DNA of 64,000 nucleotides from Kiritimatiellia bacterium (lineage in GTDB: Bacteria; Verrucomicrobiota; Kiritimatiellia; UBA8416; JABMPJ01). Positions 29,441-38,488 of the stretch are shown piece after piece; position 1 is the first letter of the stretch; each line of letters opens with the position of its first letter. Below the pieces are notes generated by a model, which did not search any database, was not told the origin of the DNA, and saw only the letters and a list, made by a program, of their open reading frames with translations. The stretch is taken from NCBI GenBank assembly GCA_030745755.1, contig JASLOA010000041.1, positions 6,515-70,514 of the forward strand, written 5' to 3'. Made by a program: the position numbers and the translations under genes.

Positions 29441-31234
29441 CTAAGAGACCCCAAACTGCAGATCATGCAGGCGCTTGTAGGTCTGGCTGTTGGCGATCAG
29501 CTCGTCGTGCGTGCCAGTTTCCACGATGTGCCCATCGTCCATCACGAGGATACGGTCGCAGTGCTTGATGGTCGACAGGCGATGCGCAATCGCGAAGACG
29601 GTGCGGCCGGATGTCGCTTCATCCAGGGCCATCTGCACCTGGCGTTCCGACTCCGTATCAAGCGCGCTGGTGGCCTCGTCGAGGACGAGGATCTTCGGGT
29701 TGGTGAGAATCGCCCGCGCGATGGCGATGCGCTGCTTCTGCCCGCCGGAGAGACGTACGCCGTGTTCGCCAATGACCGTCTCGTAGCCTTCCTCCATCAC
29801 GCTGACGAAGTCATGGGCATGGGCGAGGCGGGCAGCGGCCTCCACCTCCCCCATCGAGGCCTCAGCGTTTCCGTAGCGAATGTTGTTGGCGACGGTGTTG
29901 TTGAAGAGGAAGGTGTCCTGTGTGACGAGGCCGATGTGGCCGCGGATCGACGCCATGGTGTAATCACGTACATCTTGCCCGTCCATCAGCAACCGGCCTT
30001 CGCTGACGTCGAAGAATCGCAGCAAGAGACTCACGAGTGTGGTCTTTCCCGATCCCGACGCGCCGACCAGGGCGATCTTCTCGCCCGCCTTCACGTGCAG
30101 ATCGATGTTCCGCAGGACCGTGCTGTCGCCGTAGCGGAATGAGACGTCCTCAAAGACGATATCCTGCGGTGCAGCGGCCATCTCAATGGCTTCCGGGCTG
30201 TCCGTGACGTCGACCGGAGTATCGATCAGCTCGAAGATGCGCTCGGCGGATGCTTGGATGGGCTGCATGTTTACATGCACCTTGCCCAATCGCTTGATCG
30301 GATCGTACAGCAGCACCAGCGCCATGAGAAAGGCGGTGAACTCGTTCCAGGCCATGCCGGACCGGTTGGCGTAGATGAGTGCAAGAGAGATGCCAATCGC
30401 ACTGATGAAGATGATGGCAGGGGCGACGGACGCTTTCGCCGTGATGGCCTTCATGGCAAAACGGAAGTAGGACTGTGCACCCTTCTTGAACCGGGCGGCC
30501 TCGCGCTCCTCTCCGCAGAAGGCTTTGACCACGCGGATACCGTAGAGGGATTCCTGCAACATCACCACCAGGTCGGCCAGGCGCTCCTGGCGCGAACGGG
30601 CCGCACGGCGTGAGCGGCGCCCGAAGGAGAGGATGGGGACCAGGCAGAGCGGAAAGAGGATCACGCTGCACACGGCAAGGATCCAGTCCTCCCAGAAGAC
30701 GTACCCGAGCGTGAAGATCAGCACGAACGGCTGCTTCACCAGGTCACGCAACACGTTGGATGCGCCAAACTGCAGTTGCTCGCTGTCATTAAGCGTACGT
30801 GAGAGCGCTTCCCCCGTAAGGGCCTGACTGTAGTGGCCCACGGAGAGCTGCATAAGGTGATCGATCGCGCGCTTGCGGATGTCGAGCACGACGCGTCCGC
30901 CGACCCACTGAACAAGGTAGACGGCCAGGAATGCACCGATGCCGCGGGCCGCCGCCACGACCAGGAGCAGAACCACAACCACAACCATGGCTGCCGCTGA
31001 CGTCTGTCTCTCGACATCAAGGAAGCGCGGCATCACGTCGCGCACAAGGAAGAGCGCTCCCGCGCTTGACCCCGCGAACACTATGCCGCACAGAATGCCC
31101 GACGCGAGCCGTCCCCAGTAGGGCCGCGCGTACGCCAGGAGACGCCGGTAGACAGAAGATTGAGATGTGTCGGACAAGGTGTTCCTATCTGTAAGCGTGG
31201 ATAGTAGCCCCGGCCTGCGCTGGAAGCAAGACAC
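29441..31234 (-). CDS. msbA: ABC transporter permease/ATP-binding fusion, MsbA-like lipid A / lipid exporter
   Basis: Six-TM ABC exporter domain followed by an NBD with GASGSGKTT, LSGGQKQRIAIARA and ILVLDEATSALD. Confidence 0.85.
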   Translation of the reverse strand: MSCFQRRPGLLSTLTDRNTLSDTSQSSVYRRLLAYARPYWGRLASGILCGIVFAGSSAGALFLVRDVMPRFLDVERQTSAAAMVVVVVLLLVVAAARGIGAFLAVYLVQWVGGRVVLDIRKRAIDHLMQLSVGHYSQALTGEALSRTLNDSEQLQFGASNVLRDLVKQPFVLIFTLGYVFWEDWILAVCSVILFPLCLVPILSFGRRSRRAARSRQERLADLVVMLQESLYGIRVVKAFCGEEREAARFKKGAQSYFRFAMKAITAKASVAPAIIFISAIGISLALIYANRSGMAWNEFTAFLMALVLLYDPIKRLGKVHVNMQPIQASAERIFELIDTPVDVTDSPEAIEMAAAPQDIVFEDVSFRYGDSTVLRNIDLHVKAGEKIALVGASGSGKTTLVSLLLRFFDVSEGRLLMDGQDVRDYTMASIRGHIGLVTQDTFLFNNTVANNIRYGNAEASMGEVEAAARLAHAHDFVSVMEEGYETVIGEHGVRLSGGQKQRIAIARAILTNPKILVLDEATSALDTESERQVQMALDEATSGRTVFAIAHRLSTIKHCDRILVMDDGHIVETGTHDELIANSQTYKRLHDLQFGVS

Positions 31235-31294
31235 GAGGGACGCTATCGAGAGGACCTAGAATCTGGTATCCGTTGCGCACGGAGTTGTGTTAGC

Positions 31295-32866
31295 GTGCAG
31301 CCCATGCAGAGAAAGCGCATCAACCTGGAGCAGGGGTGGCTGTTCCGGCAGCGGGGGAAGAGTGCGGCTGTGACGCTACCCCACTGCTGGAATGTCGACG
31401 ACACCTTTCGCCCGGGCGTGGCCTACTTTCGCGGCAAGGGTTCCTACACCTGCACCTTCAGTCTGCCGGGTCAGCATGATGCCGCGGCAGAGTGGTTTCT
31501 CTGTTCCGAGGGCTTCTATGGCAGGGGCGCGGTGGAAATGAACGGGAAGTCGTTAGGAAGGGTCGACGGTTCCTACCTGGGCTTCTGCATCAACGTGTCA
31601 GAGTCGCTGATGCCGGGATCCGAGAACGTGCTTTCTATCACACTCAACAACAGGCACCACCGTTACATGCTGCCGGGAATCAAGGACCCCGATTTTGTTC
31701 TCTATGGAGGGCTGGCCGGTCGTGTCTGGCTGGAACGCCGGCCGCTGATGAGGTTTGTCGATGACCGCATTCACATTCGCTGCGTCGACGATACGGTCCA
31801 GATTGACTGCGACCTGTGCGGCGTCAACGGGGCAGGGGATGTGAGCGTCTCGTGGCAGATCCTGGACGCGGCAGGGAACGGCATGGCCGAGGCCAGCGCC
31901 GACGCGGCGGGACGAACCACGTTTAGTGGCCTTGCCCGGTTTGACCGTTGGGATGTTGAGTCGCCTACGCTCTACACGGCGCAGGGCGTGCTGTCCGTGG
32001 ACGGGAAACCGGTTGACGAGGTGAGCAGACGGTTTGGCGTGCGTACGATCGAGTTCCGGAGAGGGGAAGGGTTTATCCTTAACGGTCGGCGTGTAGAGAT
32101 TCGCGGCTGCAACCGGCATGAGAGCATGCCCGGTTACGGTTCCGCACTGTCCCCTGACCAGCATCGCGCCGATGCGGAGGCCATCAGGGATATGGGCCTC
32201 AACGCGGTGCGCCTGGCGCACTATCCGCAGCATCCAGCCTTCCTGGACGCGTGCGACGAGATGGGTATCCTGGTTTATGCCGAGATCGCAACCTGGAAGA
32301 GCGTGACGACCGGCGGGTGGTTGGATGCCGCAGAGCGGCAACTGCGCGGCATGATCCTGCGTGATCGCCATCACCCGAGCATCATTCTGTGGGGGCTCGG
32401 CAACGAATCGCGCTCACGACCGGCCTACGAACGATTGGGTGCCGTTGCGCACGAGCTGGACCCGGATCGCTTCACCATCTACGCCGAGAACCATCTCTAT
32501 CGTGCCAAGCGACAGAATGCGCTCAACCTGGTGGATGTCTGGGGCTGCAACTACGAGTTGGATGTGCTCGACGAAGTGGTGGACTACTGCACAACAGGCG
32601 TGGCCCTCGTCAGCGAGTGCTCGAACAGTCCGCACGCCGTCCCGGGCGACGAGGCGATGGAGCAGGACCAGGTGGAACGCATCGCGCGCGACCTCGACAC
32701 CATCGCCGCCCATCCAGCCTGCGCCGGATTCTTCATCTGGTCCTTCCAGGACTACGCCACGCTAAGGAAGAAACGCTACAAACGCCACTGCGGCCTGGTC
32801 GACGCCTGGCGCCAGCCGAAACCGGCAGCCAGGATGCTCAAGGAACGCTTCAAGAACTCCGTCTGA
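31295..32866 (+). CDS. glycoside hydrolase family 2 protein (beta-galactosidase/beta-mannosidase/beta-glucuronidase-like)
   Basis: An N-terminal sugar-binding domain and an Ig-like domain precede a TIM barrel with RLAHYPQHP and WGLGNESR (the acid/base NE of GH2). Confidence 0.75.
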   Translation: MQPMQRKRINLEQGWLFRQRGKSAAVTLPHCWNVDDTFRPGVAYFRGKGSYTCTFSLPGQHDAAAEWFLCSEGFYGRGAVEMNGKSLGRVDGSYLGFCINVSESLMPGSENVLSITLNNRHHRYMLPGIKDPDFVLYGGLAGRVWLERRPLMRFVDDRIHIRCVDDTVQIDCDLCGVNGAGDVSVSWQILDAAGNGMAEASADAAGRTTFSGLARFDRWDVESPTLYTAQGVLSVDGKPVDEVSRRFGVRTIEFRRGEGFILNGRRVEIRGCNRHESMPGYGSALSPDQHRADAEAIRDMGLNAVRLAHYPQHPAFLDACDEMGILVYAEIATWKSVTTGGWLDAAERQLRGMILRDRHHPSIILWGLGNESRSRPAYERLGAVAHELDPDRFTIYAENHLYRAKRQNALNLVDVWGCNYELDVLDEVVDYCTTGVALVSECSNSPHAVPGDEAMEQDQVERIARDLDTIAAHPACAGFFIWSFQDYATLRKKRYKRHCGLVDAWRQPKPAARMLKERFKNSV

Positions 32867-32984
32867 GTTGTAGTCGGCCTGCTTGACCAGAGGAACTCGC
32901 TAAGGGCGACTGCGATCCTCTGCGTCAAGAGATGATTGATGCACGTGTCTGGGCATGTCATACTCTCAACAGTGAGGTGAAACC

Positions 32985-33191
32985 ATGGTGACATTGCATC
33001 CAGAGTATCTCGTTGACGAAGAACAGCACCGGAAGGCTGTGCTGTTGCCTGTTGCGGAGTGGGAACGCATTGTCGAGGAACTGGAACACCTTGACGATAT
33101 TCGCGCATATGATGGCGCGAAGGCCAGATCTCAAGACGCCATCCCTTTTGAACGCGCCGTGCGCGAGATTCAAGAGGGATACGGCGAATGA
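32985..33191 (+). CDS. type II antitoxin (Phd/YefM or RelB-like)
   Basis: 68 aa, acidic, directly upstream of a RelE/ParE toxin with an ATGA overlap. Confidence 0.7.
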   Translation: MVTLHPEYLVDEEQHRKAVLLPVAEWERIVEELEHLDDIRAYDGAKARSQDAIPFERAVREIQEGYGE

Positions 33192-33442
33192 CGTATGCCG
33201 TTGAGATTCTTCGTGCCGCTCAGAAGCAACTCGCTAAGATTGACCGACAGGCACAGGCTCGTGTCATCGATGCGGTCAGGGCACTTGCTGACAATCCTCG
33301 CCCTTCAGGATGTAAGAAGCTCGCCGGACGGCCCGCTTGGCGTATCCGCGTTGGTTCTTACCGGGTGATCTACGAGATTCACGATGGCCGACTTACAGTG
33401 CTGGTTGTCGCTGTCGGTGACCGGAAAGACGTGTATCGCTAG
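33188..33442 (+). CDS. relE: RelE/ParE-family toxin (type II toxin-antitoxin)
   Basis: 84 aa with the ...AWRIRVGSYRVIYEIHDGRLTVLVVAVGDRKDVYR C-terminus typical of RelE/StbE. Confidence 0.8.
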   Translation: MTYAVEILRAAQKQLAKIDRQAQARVIDAVRALADNPRPSGCKKLAGRPAWRIRVGSYRVIYEIHDGRLTVLVVAVGDRKDVYR

Positions 33443-33465
33443 AGCCGCGCGTCCAGCGCGGCTCT
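33441..33465. terminator. perfect hairpin AGAGCCGCGC-GTCCAG-GCGCGGCTCT between convergent relE (+) and a glycosyltransferase-like gene (-)
   Basis: 10-bp GC-rich stem seen directly. It spans both stop codons and is a candidate bidirectional terminator without a clear U-tract. Confidence 0.45.
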
Positions 33466-34528
33466 AGATGCTGCATAGCCACTGGGGCAGATCTGCTGGT
33501 GTCATCATAGGAATGCCCAGGGCCGTGTAAAGATCGGTCATCAGCTTGGGCGGTGCGTCGTGGACCATCAAGGCCACCACCGGCAGGGCTGGGCGGAGCC
33601 ACTTAGTAGTCAGCAGTGTCGACGAGATATCTCCTGCCACCAGGCAGTCGTCATCCAGTAGCGTCAGCAAAACCTCCATGCCGGTTGTCGGTTCCAGGAT
33701 GGCCGTGCCCGGGAAGATCTGCTGCAGGACCTGTCGGTTCGTGATACGCGGATGGGGCTTGATCGCCACCTGCGAAGGCGCGAAGTGATCCAGCAGCGAG
33801 CGGCTGACTGCCTCGTATGTTTGCGGCGCGCCCAGGTAGCTGGCTTCGTGGGGGAGGGTGACGACCAGTTTCACTCCTTGCAGGGCTTCCGCGTACTCCT
33901 CGCCATCCGGGAGCAAGTCCCTCGCCAGTGCCTTGAACTGTGACAGGGAGAAGGGCTCAGGGGCAATTCGCACGAGCTCCTTGGGTTTGAGCAAGGGGTG
34001 CACGTGCTCAGGGAACGCCGCGTAGATCGTCTCTATCCAGTCGGACGCCCCGGTGGTCAGGGCCGGCTTGTACCAGCGGCCGATAAAGAGACGCTTGACC
34101 AGTGGGTCGATGGTGCGGTGGGCAAAGCTGCCCATGGATTTGTGCCCGAAGTAGGTTACGGCACCCTCGTCCATGTAAACGCCCTTTGGCCGGCTGCCGG
34201 CCTGTGACGCCACGTGCATGGCGTACTGGAACTCGAGGCGACGATCGTTGCCGGTAAAGATGCGCGCATCACTTATGTCGGCCAGCTGTGCTTTGATTGT
34301 CTGGAAGCGCGGTCCACGGATACGACGGCTTCCGTGGGCGTCGTGCGGCAGCACAACAACCCGGTTGAAGATGTCTGGGTGCTTTTCTGCAGTCAGGCGG
34401 AATCGATCAGCCATAGCGGCGTCACGTGCCACGATGAGCAACACACGTTCGTGATCCTCACTTTGCAGGGAAATGTTGGCTGCGATAAGAAAATGGAGAG
34501 GAGAGGATACCAGAAAGTAGTCGCTCAC
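33464..34528 (-). CDS. hypothetical GT-B-like glycosyltransferase / capsule-LPS biosynthesis protein (family uncertain)
   Basis: 355 aa. The start is a GTG at 34528, preceded by AGGGAGGG 5 nt upstream. It sits inside an LPS-type cluster; I see no firm family signature beyond a weak resemblance to GT52/KpsS-like proteins. Confidence 0.45.
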   Translation of the reverse strand: MSDYFLVSSPLHFLIAANISLQSEDHERVLLIVARDAAMADRFRLTAEKHPDIFNRVVVLPHDAHGSRRIRGPRFQTIKAQLADISDARIFTGNDRRLEFQYAMHVASQAGSRPKGVYMDEGAVTYFGHKSMGSFAHRTIDPLVKRLFIGRWYKPALTTGASDWIETIYAAFPEHVHPLLKPKELVRIAPEPFSLSQFKALARDLLPDGEEYAEALQGVKLVVTLPHEASYLGAPQTYEAVSRSLLDHFAPSQVAIKPHPRITNRQVLQQIFPGTAILEPTTGMEVLLTLLDDDCLVAGDISSTLLTTKWLRPALPVVALMVHDAPPKLMTDLYTALGIPMMTPADLPQWLCSI

Positions 34529-34538
34529 ATGTCCCTCC

Positions 34539-35573
34539 CTATCCTTGTGGATTGCTGGTGATGGAATCGAACATGTCATCAATCTTTTGTCGTGCCGAAT
34601 CGTTGAAGGCTTTGATCGTGGCTTCAACTGTCGGGTGCCTGTCAATGGCACGCTCAAGACCGTTGTGCAGCGAGGCGTGGTCTCTCTTGTAAAGCAGGTA
34701 GATGTTGCGCGGGAGTCCCACGTCCATGAGTAAGGCCTCGATCTTGCCCGAATTCGAAGGCACGGCAATGAACGGCGTGTTCTGTTGCAAGGCGAAGCAG
34801 AGCGCGTGGTATCGGCCGGTGCAGATGGCGCGCGCGGACGCGATCTGTGCGATCAGCTCCGGAGTGTCGTCTGTTGAGTGGCAGAGCGCTTTGTATCGAG
34901 GAGGGACCGCATCGGGTAGCTGGTTGGAGAGCGAGGGGAGCAGAGTATACTTGAGTCGTTTGAGCCCATCTCGCATACCGCGCGTGTGGTGCAGATGTCT
35001 TGTGAAGAGCGTTATGAAGTCCATGTCCGGGTCGTTCTTGCTCTGGTCCAATGCCCACTCGGTCCAGCTAGTGAATACAGAGTCCGTGCAGACATAGCGG
35101 CCGTTCTCTGTTCTTGGGAATATGGGGTAATCGTAGAACGTGAGATCGGGAGCATAGTCAGCATCTACACCAATGCCGGCCAGGCGCTCCTGGCTGCGGC
35201 GATCACGGACACTGATCGTTGTGCAGCGGTCCAGAACCGGCTTCCAACTCACACTGTCATTGTCTTGCCATGTCGTGTTGATGATGGCGACAGGGCGCGT
35301 AGCTTGCAGCTCCCTGCAGAGACCAAGGAGGCGACGGGCATTACGGCTGTTGTGATGGAGCGAGCCTTCCCCGTTAACGATAACCATCGATGCGGCGTCG
35401 ATCCTTTCCCTGAAGCGACCCAGTTGCGAGGGTTTTGCACTGACAGGGAGAGAGCCCGTGCAGGTCCACCCGCGCGCTGCCATTCCCCGGTGGAGATTCC
35501 GTATAACTGTCAGGCCGCCGTGGTGGTTGTCGTAGCGGGTGTCGTTGACTAGAAAATAGGAAGGGTCTGCCAT
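34539..35573 (-). CDS. polysaccharide pyruvyl transferase family protein (CsaB/WcaK-like), putative
   Basis: The C-terminal motif TGRYHALCFALQQNTPFIAVPSNSGKIEALL resembles the PF04230 core (R.H..I.A.....P.......K). Start chosen at MADPSYF (35573), overlapping the upstream gene's TAA by 1 nt. Confidence 0.55.
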   Translation of the reverse strand: MADPSYFLVNDTRYDNHHGGLTVIRNLHRGMAARGWTCTGSLPVSAKPSQLGRFRERIDAASMVIVNGEGSLHHNSRNARRLLGLCRELQATRPVAIINTTWQDNDSVSWKPVLDRCTTISVRDRRSQERLAGIGVDADYAPDLTFYDYPIFPRTENGRYVCTDSVFTSWTEWALDQSKNDPDMDFITLFTRHLHHTRGMRDGLKRLKYTLLPSLSNQLPDAVPPRYKALCHSTDDTPELIAQIASARAICTGRYHALCFALQQNTPFIAVPSNSGKIEALLMDVGLPRNIYLLYKRDHASLHNGLERAIDRHPTVEATIKAFNDSARQKIDDMFDSITSNPQG

Positions 35574-36472
35574 TACTGCTGTTCCTGGATGCGACGGATC
35601 TTGCTTCGGACCCTGGACGAAACGGTGCCCTGCTTGTAGCGTCCCTTCTGAATGTGGCGGATCTGGTAGACTCCGTCGACCTCCAGGGGGGTTCCCTGGG
35701 TGCCGACTAACCAACGAAACGCGCGATCTTCGTAGCACTTGCACCAGTGGTCGGCCGGCGACTGGTAAACGCGCAGACTGTTGCAGTAGCCGATGGCCCG
35801 GGCGACATCGCCATGGATGATCTGGAACGCGCCTTTAGCGCGGTCGCGTTCATGCAACTCGAACTCGGACGGGTTGATGTCGACGAGTTGGACCGCGTTG
35901 CCATTCTGGAGAATGTCACTGTGCTCCGGGAGCATCGGCGTGGTGCGCTCTTGGCGCGGGTAGACCAGGATATCGTTGCGGCCCTGGAGCTGTTCGGCGA
36001 GGGAGTCGAGGCAGTTGGCATGAAACACGATATCGCAGTCAGTCATCCAGACCCAGTCGGCCTTGGAGGCAAGCGCTGCGCGGTTGCGCCCAATGCCGCG
36101 CCGGAACAGCTCGCCCTCGGGAAGCGGCTGCGGGTTCCACGTGACGTTTGGAATATCGTATCCGGCAATGAAATCAAGCAGCGCGACCGTGGCGAGGTCC
36201 GATTCTGCGTAGAAGATGGTAACGGTAAGCGAGAGCTTGGTGGGGGGGTGGGCGATAAAGGAACTGAGCTGGTAAACCAGCATGCGCGCGTACTGCCAGC
36301 AATGGGTTACAATCTCCAGCGATGGGGTCGCGCCTGACCGGCGACGGCTGGCGGCGGCCGGAATCGGCGCACGGAACCAGGATGCCGGCAACAGCCCACT
36401 GGCCGCCCATCGCATGCCTAAGCCGAGCATACGGTCATACCAGCGCGGTGGATAGAGTGTGGGGGTCGACAT
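35573..36472 (-). CDS. putative GT-A-fold glycosyltransferase (GT2-like), uncharacterised
   Basis: 299 aa with a DxD-like MTDCDIVFH and an N-terminal region VTHCWQYARML typical of GT-A nucleotide-binding cores. Assignment is weak. Confidence 0.45.
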   Translation of the reverse strand: MSTPTLYPPRWYDRMLGLGMRWAASGLLPASWFRAPIPAAASRRRSGATPSLEIVTHCWQYARMLVYQLSSFIAHPPTKLSLTVTIFYAESDLATVALLDFIAGYDIPNVTWNPQPLPEGELFRRGIGRNRAALASKADWVWMTDCDIVFHANCLDSLAEQLQGRNDILVYPRQERTTPMLPEHSDILQNGNAVQLVDINPSEFELHERDRAKGAFQIIHGDVARAIGYCNSLRVYQSPADHWCKCYEDRAFRWLVGTQGTPLEVDGVYQIRHIQKGRYKQGTVSSRVRSKIRRIQEQQ

Positions 36473-36514
36473 GGCCTAAACTATAGGACGGCACGTTGGC
36501 GTTGGCGAGCGAGA

Positions 36515-37216
36515 TCAGCCGTCTGTGGTTAATGAAAGCGCCAACTGCTGTTTCAGGGCGTCGTCCGACCGGCATGTGCATATCAGCGCTTCCAGTTGGG
36601 CGGTTTCGGCCTCGGCATCTTCCGGCACGCAGCCAACGACTGAACAGTGATCTATGATGTAACCTCTAACTTGCTGGCGAATGCAGCTCAAAATCTTGTC
36701 GGGACGCACACCGGAAGCCTGCACGTGCTCCAGCCGGCACCGAAGCTTTGGGCGAAGCTTGAATACGTTCTCCGTAAGGAATCCACACGTGGGCCCGAGA
36801 TCTTCGTCATCACGCTGAAACGCTTCAATAAAGCAGAGACCCAATGGTTGCGGCCCGAGTCCCGCCTGCCACAGTCGGGCATTGACGATCCAGAGCTCGG
36901 CAAGACGTCTTGTGATCGTGGTGGTTAGAGCTCTGTTCCACTCGTCTGAAACATATCGTCCGAGAGCAATGCCGGATTGTGTGTGTATCTTGTCCGAAGG
37001 GCGCGAGGGATGGATGCAATCAATGGAGCCATTCCGCGCGTGGAAGAGCTTGGCTGTCAGGCCGGGCAGGTAGAACATCCAGCAACCGAGTGATGCGTCG
37101 TAGACCTTATCGTCCACTACCGCGCTTCCGTTTCTGGTGTCGAGCGCTAAGCGTCTCAGACGGTAGATTCGAAGCGCCTTCGCCAGTCCGGGTGTGACTG
37201 TTCTCTTGAAGTGCAT
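36515..37216 (-). CDS. diverged lipopolysaccharide-kinase (Kdo/WaaP)-family-like protein, possibly a pseudokinase
   Basis: 233 aa. GVRPDKIL...YIIDHCSVV loosely matches the catalytic loop and DFG-equivalent of Kdo/WaaP kinases, but the His is replaced by Arg. Low confidence. Confidence 0.4.
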   Translation of the reverse strand: MHFKRTVTPGLAKALRIYRLRRLALDTRNGSAVVDDKVYDASLGCWMFYLPGLTAKLFHARNGSIDCIHPSRPSDKIHTQSGIALGRYVSDEWNRALTTTITRRLAELWIVNARLWQAGLGPQPLGLCFIEAFQRDDEDLGPTCGFLTENVFKLRPKLRCRLEHVQASGVRPDKILSCIRQQVRGYIIDHCSVVGCVPEDAEAETAQLEALICTCRSDDALKQQLALSLTTDG

Positions 37217-37327
37217 GATTCATGAAAGCCTAACGCGTCCTGCACCGCTCAATCCACCACAAAAAGACTTAGACTACGCGTCTGGGCCAAGTGTGCTGCT
37301 TGCCACGTGACCTAACCTGCTGGTAGC

Positions 37328-38488
37328 ATGCAAAGCATCGTGAAGGGGCAAACACCTATAGAACGGCTGGCTATCGTCTATCCGAAGGCCATAGGCGATT
37401 TTCTCTTCGTTCTGCCCGCACTCCACACGATCCGTCGGGCTTTCCCGGATACGCATATCACGCTGGTAATCAAACAGAAGCAGGCTCCCCTGGCCGAACC
37501 GCAAAAGGGAGTGCTCTGCGACGCTATTCTCACCCTCGGCGGGGGCATGAGCTGGCGGGAGGTCCGCAAGCAGTTGGCCAGGGCGAAGGTGGATACGGTG
37601 ATCGACATGGTGGGGAACGACCAGTCGGGACTCCTCCTCTCGTGGCGCGGCGGCCGGCGGATTCGTCCGCACCGGACCGACTGCAAGGGGCTGTGTGCCA
37701 TGTACTCGCCCTGGGCGGAGAGCATGCCGCCGTCTGATGCCGGTGTCCATCGCGTTGACGAACTGCTCGCGTTTGCACGTTATCTTGGCGCGGATGATCC
37801 GGTCTACTCGTTTCAGCTTCAACTCCCCGGCCCGGCCGTCGAGGCGAGCGAGCGCATGATCGCCACATACGATTTGAGATCAGGAACCGTCGTGGCGCTC
37901 AACCTCGGTGCCAGCCGTGACACCAAGCGCTGGCCGGCAGCCCACATCAGGACGCTGGTCGAAGGGTTGATCGCCAAGGGGCTGCGCGTCGTGCTGATGG
38001 GGGCGGCGGAGTTCAAGTCGGATGACCATTGGGACCGGCGTACCGTGGAACAACTGCGTGCGGACGGGGTGGTGGATGATTCGAACTGTATCGACCTCGT
38101 CACGGAAGGCAACCTGCCGCCCGACCTGCACCTGCAGCGTGATGCCCACTTTCTGCGCTACGCCAACGTGGCCGAAGTTGTCGTGGGCGACGATACCGGT
38201 GCCCTGCATATCGCCGGGTCGGTCGGCGAGGATGCCAGGCGCAAGACCGTGTCGCTCTTTGGCCCCACGAATTGGGGTCGCTACGCGCCGTACGACCCGT
38301 CGCGGAGCTATCCCGATAACCCGTCCGGCGATTGGAATCGTGTGTTGTGCGCCGATGTGGACTGTCTGCCCAGCGGTACCGAAGAGGCCTGTCACTATTA
38401 CCGCAAGGGATGTGGCCACAAACGGTGCATGCACGAACTGAGTCCGGATCGCGTTCTGGAGTGTGTCATGGATATGGTGAAAGCGTGA
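37328..38488 (+). CDS. GT9-family ADP-heptose:LPS heptosyltransferase with a Cys-rich C-terminal tail
   Basis: IGDFLFVLPALHTIRRAFPD (N-terminal GT9 motif) and GDDTGALHIAGSVG (C-terminal motif) are present. There is a C-terminal extension CADVDCLPSGTEEACHYYRKGCGHKRCMHE. Confidence 0.85.
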   Translation: MQSIVKGQTPIERLAIVYPKAIGDFLFVLPALHTIRRAFPDTHITLVIKQKQAPLAEPQKGVLCDAILTLGGGMSWREVRKQLARAKVDTVIDMVGNDQSGLLLSWRGGRRIRPHRTDCKGLCAMYSPWAESMPPSDAGVHRVDELLAFARYLGADDPVYSFQLQLPGPAVEASERMIATYDLRSGTVVALNLGASRDTKRWPAAHIRTLVEGLIAKGLRVVLMGAAEFKSDDHWDRRTVEQLRADGVVDDSNCIDLVTEGNLPPDLHLQRDAHFLRYANVAEVVVGDDTGALHIAGSVGEDARRKTVSLFGPTNWGRYAPYDPSRSYPDNPSGDWNRVLCADVDCLPSGTEEACHYYRKGCGHKRCMHELSPDRVLECVMDMVKA

